From an uncultured Armatimonadetes bacterium (GTDB lineage: Bacteria; Armatimonadota; UBA5829; DTJY01), in assembly GCA_963717145.1 (NCBI GenBank), contig OY970325.1, positions 544,001-608,000 of the forward strand: a DNA stretch of 64,000 bases, written 5' to 3'. Of this stretch, positions 40,543 to 49,841 are shown one piece after another (position 1 is the stretch's first letter; every line of letters starts with the position of its first letter). Below the pieces are notes generated by a model. It did not search any database, was not told where the DNA came from, and saw nothing but the letters and a program-made list of their open reading frames with translations. The position numbers and the translations under genes are program-made.

Positions 40543-43500
40543 ATGAGAATCGCTTTCCTGCTTCTGATGCTTGCCGCTTCAGCCGCGCAGTGTGCGCTGG
40601 TTGCGCCGTCCATTTCCCTTTCGGGCGAGTGGCGCTTCGACCTCGATCCGAAGAACGTCGGCATCACCGAGCGCTGGTTCGCGAAGGACCTCTCCGACAC
40701 CGTGAAGCTCCCCGGCTCGACGGACACGAACCGGAAGGGCGTCCTGAACACGCGCCCGCCGGACCTCTCACATCCCGCGCGCGTCCATGAGTACACCGGC
40801 GTCGCCTGGTACCAGCGCGACATAACCATAACTGAGGACTGGCCGCTGAACGGCAGGGACAGGGTCGAACTCCTCCTGGAGCGGTGCCACTGGGAGACGC
40901 GGGTCTGGATCGATGACAAGCCGTGCGGGATGCGGGACAGTCTCTGTGTGCCTCACGTCTACGATCTCGGCGCCCTGAAGCCGGGCAAGCACCGACTGAC
41001 CATTCGAGTCGACAACAGCATTAAGTACAACGTCGGCGGCTGGGCACATTCGATCACCGAGGAGACGCAGACCAACTGGAACGGCATAGTCGGCCGGATC
41101 GAGCTTCGAGCAAGGCCGTCTTACCGGATGGACAACGTTCAGGTCTATCCGAACACCGCCGAGAAGACCGTCCGGGTCAGGGCCTTCGTCGCAGGTGAGC
41201 CCCCGATCCGCAACGGCAAGGTCGTGCCGTGTGTGCTCAGCTACCAGATCTACGAACCAGGCGGGAAGGAATCCGGGCTCTGGGATGTGGTCGACGACAG
41301 GATCACCGATCTTACCGGCAAGAAGCCCATCGAGTTCACGGTGCCGATGCCGAAGGGCATCCGCTCCTGGGATGAGTTCTCGCCGAATCTGTACACAGTG
41401 GCGGTTAACATTCATCCTGTCGACGCAACGATGCTCGGGAGCGACGTTCTTCGAACGACCTTCGGCATGCGGGACTTGCGCGTGCAGGATAAGCGCCTCG
41501 TGATGAACGGCCGGAAGATTTTCCTGCGGGGCACCCTCGAATGCTGCATCTTCCCTCTGACCGGCTACCCGCCGACGGATGTGGACTCGTGGCTGCGAAT
41601 CCTGAGGATCTGCAAGTCCTACGGCCTGAACCACATGCGCTTCCATTCATGGTGCCCGCCCGAAGCCGCGTTCGAGGCCGCCGACCGCGAGGGAGTCCTC
41701 CTCCAGGTCGAACTGCCCCAGTGGGTCGGGAACGTCGGACAGGAACCGCCGAGGGACGAGTTCATTCGCGAGGAGATGCTGCGCATTCTCGATACATACG
41801 GTAACCATCCATCCTTCGGGATGCTCTGCATGGGCAACGAACTAGCGGGCGATGCCTCATTCCTTCAGAAGCTCGTCGTCGAGGGCAAGGCATTCGATCC
41901 GCGCCACCTCTACACTCCGTCAACCGCCTGGTCGCTCGGCGCGAACGACGACTATGATGTTGGTCTCCCTCGCGGACTCCACGGACCGACGACAGACGCC
42001 GACTTCGCCGATCAGGACGCCGCGAGCAAGGTCCCCGTCATCTCCCACGAGATCGGGCAGTGGAGCGTCTTCCCCAACATGGCGGAGATTCCGAAGTACA
42101 CCGGCATCACCCGCGCGCGCAACTTCGAGTTGATCCGCGAAGGACTCGCGGAACACGGGCTGCTCGATCAGGCGGCGGATTTCACCCGAGCGTCCGGCAA
42201 GCTCTCCGCCGAATTGTACAAGGAAGAGATCGAGGTGCTCCTCCGCACGCCGGGCCATGGTGGATTCCAGCTCCTCGACCTGCACGATTTCCCCGGCCAG
42301 GGAACCGCCACCGTCGGCATGCTCGACGCCTTCTGGGACTCGAAGGGGCTGATCACGCCTGGGGAGTGGCGCAGGTTCTGCGGGCCCGACGGTTCCGCTC
42401 CTTCGAATGCCGAAGAGGACGTACACGACGGATGAGACCTTCATCGCCGATGCGCAGATTGCGCATTTCGGGCAAAAGGACATCGACGCGGTTCCGGTCT
42501 GGAGCATCCGCGACGAGAAGGGGACGCTGGTGGAATCCGGTTCGCTGCCTGAGAAGGCGCTCCCGACCGGCGACCTCCACGACCTCGGCGCGATCGAGGC
42601 GTCCCTCGCGGATGTGAAGGCTCCCTGCAAGCTGACAGTGACCCTCTCGCTCAGGGGGACCGACATCTCGAATAGTTGGAGCATCTGGGTCTATCCTGCG
42701 AAGGTCGATCTCGACCTTCCCGAGGACGTTCTCGTCACCCGGAACGTGAGCGAGGCGAAGTCCGCGCTCGAAGCCGGGAACACGGTGCTCCTCCTCGCCT
42801 CCAGGGCGAACCTCGTCGATCCCGGCACGGGCAGCCCGACGACCGTCTTCTGGGATCCCGTGCTCTTCGCTCAGCAGAACAACAACGGCATGGGCATCCT
42901 CTGCGACCCGAAGCATCCCGCGCTTGAGGGCTTCCCGACGGCGTTCCATGCGGATTGGCAGTGGTGGGAGCTGCTCGACAGGTCACTGAACATGGTGCTC
43001 GACGGCACGCCGAAGGACTTCCGCCCGGTCGTCCAGGTGATCGATAACTTCATCAAGAACCGCAGGATGGCCAACCTCATCGAGGCGCGAGTGGGGGAGG
43101 GGCGGCTGATCGTCTGCTCGATGAACATCACCGGCCTCGATGAGAGCCGTCTCGCTCCCCGACAGATGCTCGGGAGTATCCTCCGCTACATGGGCTCTCC
43201 AGCATTCCAGCCAAAGCAGACGCTGACGATCGCCGAGATGGACACCTTCCTCGGCCAGAGGAAGTCCTCCGTCCTGAAATCGCTCGGGGCTCAGGTGGTC
43301 TATGCGGACAGCGAAGACGTGTCGAACCCGGCGACAAATGCCATCGACGACGATCCCGATACATGTTGGCATACCCAGTGGCAGGGCACTGCGCCGCCGT
43401 TCCCCCATGAGATTCAGATCGACCTCGGGAAGCCGGTCAATCTGAAGGGGTTCAAGTACCTCCCCAGGCAGGATATGACGAACGGTTGGTTCACCGACTA

Positions 43501-43690
43501 TGAGTTCTACCTCAGCGATGATGGCAAGGAGTGGGGCGCGCCGGTCGCGAAAGGGACGTTCCCCTCTGACAACAGCGAGAAGGTCGTCACGTTGGACAAG
43601 CCCGCCCGCGGACGGTTCATCCGCCTGGTCGCCCTCATGGGTTACAATGGCAATCCCTGGGCCGGCATCGCGGAGTTGGATATGCTGTAG
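40543..43690 (+). CDS. Glycoside hydrolase family 2 with C-terminal F5/8 type C domain; apparent frameshift near 42386
   Basis: WDEFSPNLY, YGLNHMRFHSWCPP, NHPSF..MGNE, SHEIGQW, GFQLLDLHDFPGQG. Removing one C in GGGCCCGAC joins it to ORF 42407..43690 (CGPTVPLLRMPKRTY). Confidence 0.85.
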
Positions 43691-43744
43691 TGGGGAGTAT
43701 TCCGTGTGCGAAATGGGTAGCCTTCATGTCGAGGAGGAATGCAC

Positions 43745-44029
43745 ATGCCACAACTACTCGTACGACACAAGATCGCGGACTACGCGAAGTGGAAGGTCGC
43801 TTTCGATGCCCACGCCCCGGTGCAGAAGTCGATTGGGATCACCGGCGGCCGTCTCTTCCACAGTGCAGATGATGCTTCGGAGATCGTGATTCTCTTCGAG
43901 ATCCAGGATGTCGAGCGCGCACGGAAGTTTACGCAGTCCCAGGAACTGAAGGAAACGATGGAGCGTGCCGGGGTGGTCGACATGCCCGATATATACTTCC
44001 TCGAGGAGATCGGCGAGGTCAAGGTCTGA
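43745..44029 (+). CDS. Small dimeric alpha/beta-barrel ('cyclase'/ABM-like) protein
   Basis: LLVRHKIADYAKWKVAFD..ELKETMERAGV..PDIYFLE; GGAGG RBS. Confidence 0.75.
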   Translation: MPQLLVRHKIADYAKWKVAFDAHAPVQKSIGITGGRLFHSADDASEIVILFEIQDVERARKFTQSQELKETMERAGVVDMPDIYFLEEIGEVKV

Positions 44030-44053
44030 GCCCTCCAAGATCGCCACCGCGCG

Positions 44054-44082
44054 TTGCATCCCCACTTGCCTTGTGGTAGAAT
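44054..44082 (+). promoter_or_regulatory. Sigma70-type promoter upstream of the GlmL-like gene
   Basis: TTGCAT-17 bp-TAGAAT with a TG extension. Confidence 0.55.
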
Positions 44083-44186
44083 GACCCGACACGGGCGCGC
44101 CGTATCACGGAGCGCCCGGTTTGGCACTCCAGCATTCCAACACTCCGGTACTCCTTTCGAGTAGGAGTATGAGTAGGAGTATGAGT

Positions 44187-45971
44187 ATGAGTGAGATTCG
44201 ATCCATTCTGGCGACGGACTGCGGAAGCACCACGACCAAGGCGATCCTCATCGAGAAGCAGGGCGACGAGTACCGCCTCGTGGTCCGGGGCGAAGCGCCC
44301 ACGACCGTCGAAGCGCCGTTCGATGACGTGACCGTCGGCGTGCTCAACGCCACACGCGAGGTCGAGGAACTTGCGGGCCGTCCGATCCTCAAGCCCGACG
44401 GTACGGGCGTCAAGATCCCGCGTGAGGGCGATGTCGGCGTCGATCTGTATCTCTCGACCTCCAGCGCGGGCGGCGGACTGCAGATGACGGTTGCCGGCGT
44501 CGTCAAGACCATGAGCGCCGAGAGCGCCGAACGAGCCGCACTCGGCGCCGGCGCGATCATCATCGACGTGATCGCGGTCGACGATGGCCGCAAGGAATAC
44601 GAGAAGGTCCAGCGAATCCGAGAGCTTCGGCCCGACATGATCCTGATGTCCGGCGGGACGGACGGCGGCACGGTCACGCACCTCGTCGAGATCGGCGAGA
44701 TGCTCCTCTCGGCGGATCCGCGCCCAAGGCTCGGCATCGGCGTCAAGCTCCCGGTGATCTACGCCGGCAACAAGGAAGCGGCGGCGGCGGTCGACGAGAT
44801 CATTAAGGACATGGTTGACCTCAAGGTCGTCGACAACCTGCGACCGACCCTCGACCGCGAGAATCTCTCGCCGGCGCGCGAGGCGATCCACGAGCTGTTC
44901 CTTCAGCACGTCATGCAGCAGGCGCCGGGCTACGGCAAGCTGATGACCTGGACCAGCGCCGGCATCATGTCCACGCCGAACGCGGTCGGCAAGATCATCG
45001 AGACGATCGCCGACCAGGAGAAGATCAACGTGCTGGCGGTCGATATCGGCGGCGCGACGACCGACGTCTTCTCGGTCTTCGGCGGGATGTTCACCCGCAC
45101 CGTCAGCGCGAACCTGGGGATGAGCTACTCGATCTGCAACGTTCTGGCCGAGGCGAAGATCGGCAACATCATGCGCTGGATGCCGTTCGAGGCCGACGAG
45201 GGCTACGTCCGCAACGAACTGCGCAACAAGATGATCCGCCCGACGACGATCCCGCAGACGTTGAAGGACCTCTACATCGAGCAGGCGGTTGCCCGCGAGG
45301 CGCTGCGGCTCGCGTTCGAGCACCACAAGTCGCTGGCCCGCGAGCTGAAGGGCGTACAGCAGGACAGGCTCATCGGCGAAGCCATCAGCCAGGAAGCGAG
45401 CGGAAAGACACTCGTTCACCTGATGGACCTCGACATGATCGTCGGGAGCGGCGGCGTGCTCAGCCATGCGCCGATGCGGGAGCAGAGCGCGCTCATGATG
45501 CTCGATGCGTATCAGCCCGAGGGCGTGACGATGCTGGCGGTCGACTCGATCTTCATGATGCCGCAGCTCGGCGTTCTCTCGGAGCACATGCCCGAGGCCG
45601 CGCTCCAGGTGTTCCGCCGCGACTGCCTCATCAAGCTCGGAACGGCGATCTCGCCCGTCGGACTGTGCAGGGAGGGCCTCCCAGGATGCACTCTTCGGAT
45701 CGATGGGGAGGAGATCGAGATCCCCGGCGGAACAATCCGCGTCTTCCCGCTCGGCCCGGGTGAGAAGAAGGAGATCGAGGTGACGCCCTACAAGGCCTGC
45801 GACCTCGGTCAGGGCCGCGGTCGGACGCGGAAGATGGAGGTCGAGGGCGGGGTCGTCGGGCTGATGATCGATACCCGTGGCCGCCCACTCCAGCTTCCAT
45901 CTGATCCGAAGGACCGGGTGAGGAAGCTCAGGGAATGGTTCGCGGCCTTCGGCCTTCGGATGCCTGACTAG
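44187..45971 (+). CDS. Glutamate mutase L (GlmL/MutL)-like ASKHA ATPase
   Basis: ATDCGSTTTK, SSAGGGL, LMSGGTDGG, AVDIGGATTDVFS, RTVSANLGMSYS, GSGGVLSHAP. Confidence 0.88.
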   Translation: MSEIRSILATDCGSTTTKAILIEKQGDEYRLVVRGEAPTTVEAPFDDVTVGVLNATREVEELAGRPILKPDGTGVKIPREGDVGVDLYLSTSSAGGGLQMTVAGVVKTMSAESAERAALGAGAIIIDVIAVDDGRKEYEKVQRIRELRPDMILMSGGTDGGTVTHLVEIGEMLLSADPRPRLGIGVKLPVIYAGNKEAAAAVDEIIKDMVDLKVVDNLRPTLDRENLSPAREAIHELFLQHVMQQAPGYGKLMTWTSAGIMSTPNAVGKIIETIADQEKINVLAVDIGGATTDVFSVFGGMFTRTVSANLGMSYSICNVLAEAKIGNIMRWMPFEADEGYVRNELRNKMIRPTTIPQTLKDLYIEQAVAREALRLAFEHHKSLARELKGVQQDRLIGEAISQEASGKTLVHLMDLDMIVGSGGVLSHAPMREQSALMMLDAYQPEGVTMLAVDSIFMMPQLGVLSEHMPEAALQVFRRDCLIKLGTAISPVGLCREGLPGCTLRIDGEEIEIPGGTIRVFPLGPGEKKEIEVTPYKACDLGQGRGRTRKMEVEGGVVGLMIDTRGRPLQLPSDPKDRVRKLREWFAAFGLRMPD

Positions 45972-45979
45972 GCCGGGAC

Positions 45980-46038
45980 TGTCATTCTGAGCGTAGCGAA
46001 GAATCCGGCTCAGATTCTTCGCTACGCTCAGAATGACA
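45980..46038. repeat. REPIN-like inverted repeat (TGTCATTCTGAGCGTAGCGAAGAATC)
   Basis: 26-bp perfect arms at 45980-46005 and 46013-46038. Confidence 0.88.
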
Positions 46039-46045
46039 ATGAAAC

Positions 46046-46093
46046 TGTCGGTTTGTGTTGGTATACGTCGGTTTGTGTGGTATAATGTCGGTG
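46046..46093 (+). promoter_or_regulatory. TA-operon promoter with direct-repeat operator
   Basis: Extended -10 TGG-TATAAT (TATAAT 46081-46086), overlapped by GTCGGTTTGTGT repeats at a 20-bp period (46047, 46067, partial at 46087). Confidence 0.65.
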
Positions 46094-46099
46094 GAGGCG

Positions 46100-46504
46100 A
46101 TGAATATGTCAAGAACACTGACCGTTCAGGAAGTCGCGGAGAGGCTGCGGGTAAAGCCGATCACCGTGCGGGAGTACCTGCGCAAGGGGAAGATACCTGG
46201 GCAAAGGATTGGTAGATCGTGGCTCGTCATCGAGGCTGATCTCGACAGGATCCTGAGTCCCTCGTTCCAGGAGAGCGAGGCGAGACGGCTGGAGGCCATC
46301 AGGGCACACGAAGAGTGGCGCTCTCTCAGCCCCGAGGAGAGAGGACGCAGGATCGACGCCATCAAGGGGAAGTACCGAGGTTGCCTCAGCTCCGTAGACG
46401 ATTTCATGCGTGAGAAGCATGAGGAAGTCGAGGAGGAGGAGCGTCGCTGGGAGGAGCGGAACAGAGCGCGTCTGGAGCAGAAGCAGGAGAACGATGCCGC
46501 ATGA
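46100..46504 (+). CDS. Excisionase-type HTH protein, putative antitoxin
   Basis: LTVQEVAERLRVKPITVREYLRKGKIPGQRIGRSWLV (HTH_17) with a charged C-terminus SSVDDFMREKHEE; ATGA overlap with the PIN gene. Confidence 0.8.
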   Translation: MNMSRTLTVQEVAERLRVKPITVREYLRKGKIPGQRIGRSWLVIEADLDRILSPSFQESEARRLEAIRAHEEWRSLSPEERGRRIDAIKGKYRGCLSSVDDFMREKHEEVEEEERRWEERNRARLEQKQENDAA

Positions 46505-46899
46505 CCCTGGTTCTCGACGCCAATGCTCTGATAGCTTTGCTGAACGATGAGCCTGGCGCCCTTTTGGTGCGCGATCTGCTGCGCGCGGAATCGTGCCATA
46601 TCCATGCCATCAACTTGTGTGAGGTCTACTACGATTTCCTGCGAGTGGACGGTCCTGCTGGCGCGGAACAGATGCTCGCGGACGTAGTGCAGTTGCAGGT
46701 CACTGTCCATGAAGACATGGACTCGGAGTTCTGGCAGCAGGTTGGCCGCTACAAAGCAGACCTTCGCCGAATCTCGCTCGCGGACTGCTTCTGCCTGACT
46801 CTGGCAAACAGGCTCGGGGCAGAGGTAGTCACCTCCGATCACCATGAGTTCGATACCGTAGAGAGCAAAGGGCTCTGTGCAGTGAGGTTCATACGCTGA
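46501..46899 (+). CDS. vapC: PIN-domain VapC-family toxin
   Basis: LVLDANAL, NLCEVYY, SLADCFCL, VVTSDHHEF acidic tetrad. Confidence 0.88.
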   Translation: MTLVLDANALIALLNDEPGALLVRDLLRAESCHIHAINLCEVYYDFLRVDGPAGAEQMLADVVQLQVTVHEDMDSEFWQQVGRYKADLRRISLADCFCLTLANRLGAEVVTSDHHEFDTVESKGLCAVRFIR

Positions 46900-48018
46900 A
46901 TGGGAACAGCATACACACCGGGGCTCAAAGTGAGCCCGAGAACAACGATACGAAAGACGAGGCGACTTCCCCTCAAGGGCCAGGTCGTCGTCAACGTCGG
47001 CGACAGGGTCGTCCCGGACGCCGTCGTCGCGCGGACCGAGCTGCCGGGGATCATGCAGACGCTCAGGGTCGCGGAGTTCCTCGGCCTCGAGCCCGGCGAT
47101 GTTGCCAAGGTCCTGAGGATCAAAGAGGGCGACAAGGTCGAGACGAGCGATGTGATCGCCGAGACGCGAGCGTTCTTCGGCCTCATGCGTAACGAGTTGA
47201 AGTGCCCGATTTCGGGGACGGTCGAGCTGATCTCCCCGGTCTCCGGCCACGTCGGCATCCGACAGAAGCCGCTGCCGGTCGAGGTGACCGCCTACATCCC
47301 CGGTCAGGTCGTGGACACAATCCCCGAGGAAGGCGTCGTCATCGAGACGATCGGCGCATTCATCCAGGGCATCTTCGGGGTCGGCGGCGAGAAGACCGGT
47401 GAGATCAAGGTGATCGTCGAGCGGCCCGATCAGACGGTGGATGCCGATCAGATCACCGAGGAGATGGCCGGCAAGATCATCGTCACCGGCGCGAATATCA
47501 CCGGCGCGGGACTGAAGAAGGCGTCGAGCATTGGGGTCGCGGGCGTCGTGACCGGCGGGATCATCGACCTCGATCTGATCGACTTCCTCGGCTACGACAT
47601 CGGCGTGGCGATCACCGGCCAGGAGAACATCCCGACCACGCTCATCGTCACCGAGGGATTCGGCGTGATGACGATGGCCAACCGCACATTCGACCTCCTG
47701 AAGTTGCTTGAGGGACGCCAGGCATCGATCAACGGTGCGACCCAGATCCGCGCGGGGGTCATCCGGCCCGAGATCATCGTCCCGGCGACCTCCGACGCCG
47801 AGAACGCGCCCGCCGACGCCGAGCAGGTGCTCGATATCGGCACGAGGCTGCGCATCATCCGCGAGCCCTACTTCGGTATCCTCGGGCACGTGACCGCGCT
47901 CCCGCCGGAACTCGTCGTCATCGAGTCCGGCGCGAAGGTCCGCACCCTGGAAGCCCAACTGGATGACGGCCGGACTGTAACGGTCCCAAGGGCGAATGTG
48001 GAGATCATCCAGGAGTAG
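46900..48018 (+). CDS. Conserved hypothetical protein with barrel-sandwich-hybrid repeats (GlmL-associated)
   Basis: AYTPGLKV..RRLPLKGQVVVNVGD, CPISGTVE, IQGIFGVGGE, QIRAGVIRPE, VPRANVE. Confidence 0.75.
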   Translation: MGTAYTPGLKVSPRTTIRKTRRLPLKGQVVVNVGDRVVPDAVVARTELPGIMQTLRVAEFLGLEPGDVAKVLRIKEGDKVETSDVIAETRAFFGLMRNELKCPISGTVELISPVSGHVGIRQKPLPVEVTAYIPGQVVDTIPEEGVVIETIGAFIQGIFGVGGEKTGEIKVIVERPDQTVDADQITEEMAGKIIVTGANITGAGLKKASSIGVAGVVTGGIIDLDLIDFLGYDIGVAITGQENIPTTLIVTEGFGVMTMANRTFDLLKLLEGRQASINGATQIRAGVIRPEIIVPATSDAENAPADAEQVLDIGTRLRIIREPYFGILGHVTALPPELVVIESGAKVRTLEAQLDDGRTVTVPRANVEIIQE

Positions 48019-48087
48019 GCTGCAGACTACAGGAAACGGATTCCTGCATCCCCCGGGCACTCCTACTCGTGAATCAGGCATCAGAAA

Positions 48088-48948
48088 GTGAGGCATCCCG
48101 TGGAAGAGAACACTCAACCTGACGGCACTCGCTCCACTTTACTGCCAGGCTGGCGCTGGCGGCTGATCATCGTCATTGTGGCCTATTGTGTGTTCTACAC
48201 AGTCTCGTTCTCAGCCAAGACTGGGCCGCAGCAACTGAGAATGGTCTTGGTGATCGTGTGCCTGGCTACCGCAGCTTTCGTCACGGCTTACCGACCCCAC
48301 ACAGCCATTCGTACTGCTCGGGTGGCCTCGTACCGTATAGCCGTTCTCGGGCACTTCGGCCTGCTAGTCATCCCTACCGCCTATCTGACAGGGGTGTACG
48401 ACCTTCCTGCCGAGGATCGGTATGCGGCGATGCTCACTCCCACCTATATCGTGCCTTGCGCGCTGTTTCTCGCCGCATATGCGCTCGCTTGGCCTCTAGC
48501 AGAGTCGTTCTATCGCCGCAATCACCCCGACACTGCCACCATCCCAGCGACACCAGAAGACTTGGAAGAATGGCAGACATCCCCGTCGGAACGGCGCTCG
48601 ATGGTGCGCGTGTTTCTACTCGTTTCCCTCGTCTTTGCACCCACGTTTGTTGCCAGTTGGCTGTGGCCTGGGCACTCAACGCTGATCATGCTGGCCAACA
48701 TGGCGCTGGTGGGTTGCGCGTTCTCGTTCTGGGCAGGCTACCGCTGGCGCGAGATCGACACCCGGATGAGGAGATTCTGGCTGGTGATGGTTTGCGTCGG
48801 ACCGCCGGCGGGGTTCGTCGGATACGTCGAGCACGGTGGGGTACCGGGGGCGCTCGTGTTCGCGGCGGAGATCGCTGCCGTCATGATCGTCCCCGGGATC
48901 GCTGGATGGTTTCTCGCAAGGCATCGGGGTACGGTGACCGAAGGTTGA
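48088..48948 (+). CDS. Hypothetical integral membrane protein
   Basis: About 8 hydrophobic segments; no recognised motif. Confidence 0.6.
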   Translation: MRHPVEENTQPDGTRSTLLPGWRWRLIIVIVAYCVFYTVSFSAKTGPQQLRMVLVIVCLATAAFVTAYRPHTAIRTARVASYRIAVLGHFGLLVIPTAYLTGVYDLPAEDRYAAMLTPTYIVPCALFLAAYALAWPLAESFYRRNHPDTATIPATPEDLEEWQTSPSERRSMVRVFLLVSLVFAPTFVASWLWPGHSTLIMLANMALVGCAFSFWAGYRWREIDTRMRRFWLVMVCVGPPAGFVGYVEHGGVPGALVFAAEIAAVMIVPGIAGWFLARHRGTVTEG

Positions 48949-48972
48949 GGTCGCAGGCTTCATATCTCCGGC

Positions 48973-49803
48973 TCATCCGGCCAGTTCATGAGCCACAAAG
49001 GCGCACATCCGCTCGAAGACTTCGGTTGGGAGTTCCTCGCCCGTCATCGCAGCAAGGTGCAGTGCATCGGCGAGCATGCGATCCATGGCAGCACGCACTG
49101 TGCTGTCCATCGCGGTCAGGCTGCTGAAGTCGAGACTGGGGAGAAGAGCGGCTCGGTCATCGGCGGAGATCAGGCCATCCAGTTTCACGTATTCCGGGGT
49201 CGAGAGCTTCGGTCGGCGGGCGGCGTCTCCGGTCATGCGAGCGTACATGAGGGCAAGCTGCCAGTCCACGCCGGCGGCGGCGAACCGGTAGCAGGTCATG
49301 GTCTGTCCACGCTTACGCGCCTTCACGTAGCGTAGGAAGCCGATATACTTGTCGAGCATGAAGTGCCCCAGCGAACCCTCCTGCGGGACATAACCGCGAC
49401 ATTCCCTTGCGTCGCATATCTCAGACCCAGGCACGTCGACCAGGAGGATGGTCTGTTCAGCGGGGATCGTGCGGTCGGCGGCGGAGACATCAGTCAGTCC
49501 CAGATCGAGCTTGTGGTGATAGCCCTCCTCGCGGAACACGATCGTCGGATTCCACTCGTCCGGGCGCAGGTTGATCGCCCAGCAGAACTCGATCGGCCCG
49601 ATCTGCTCCAGCATACCGAGGAGCGCTGTCTTTGCTCCTGGCAGATCGTCCGTCTCGACTATGAGATCGATGTCGGAGTATCCATCCGCGCGTCCCTCGG
49701 CCATCGAGCCGAAGAGGGAGAGCGTTCGGAAGCCCGGCAGTCCGGGGAGGACCTCCTTCAGCGCGTCAAGCATTTGTCCGAGTCTCTCCCAATCCTTCAT
49801 CAT
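48973..49803 (-). CDS. Nucleotidyltransferase-domain protein (Pol-beta superfamily, aminoglycoside/lincosamide NTase-like)
   Basis: LFGSMAEGRADGYSDIDL motif, KLDL, helical C-domain. Confidence 0.75.
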   Translation of the reverse strand: MMKDWERLGQMLDALKEVLPGLPGFRTLSLFGSMAEGRADGYSDIDLIVETDDLPGAKTALLGMLEQIGPIEFCWAINLRPDEWNPTIVFREEGYHHKLDLGLTDVSAADRTIPAEQTILLVDVPGSEICDARECRGYVPQEGSLGHFMLDKYIGFLRYVKARKRGQTMTCYRFAAAGVDWQLALMYARMTGDAARRPKLSTPEYVKLDGLISADDRAALLPSLDFSSLTAMDSTVRAAMDRMLADALHLAAMTGEELPTEVFERMCAFVAHELAG

Positions 49804-49841
49804 GCCTTTTCTTGGCGTCTTTGGCGTCTTGGCGGTTGACG

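Noticed and set aside
44120-44192. N-terminal extension of the GlmL-like ORF
   Set aside because: It is formed by short intergenic repeats (CACTCCA-type and GAGTA(G/T) hexamers); the real start is most likely ATG 44187.
44187-45971. DNA mismatch repair MutL
   Set aside because: The motifs are ASKHA/actin-like (GlmL), not GHKL ATPase.
46100-46504. Prophage or ICE excisionase
   Set aside because: No integrase, att-like repeats or phage genes nearby; it is translationally coupled to a PIN toxin.
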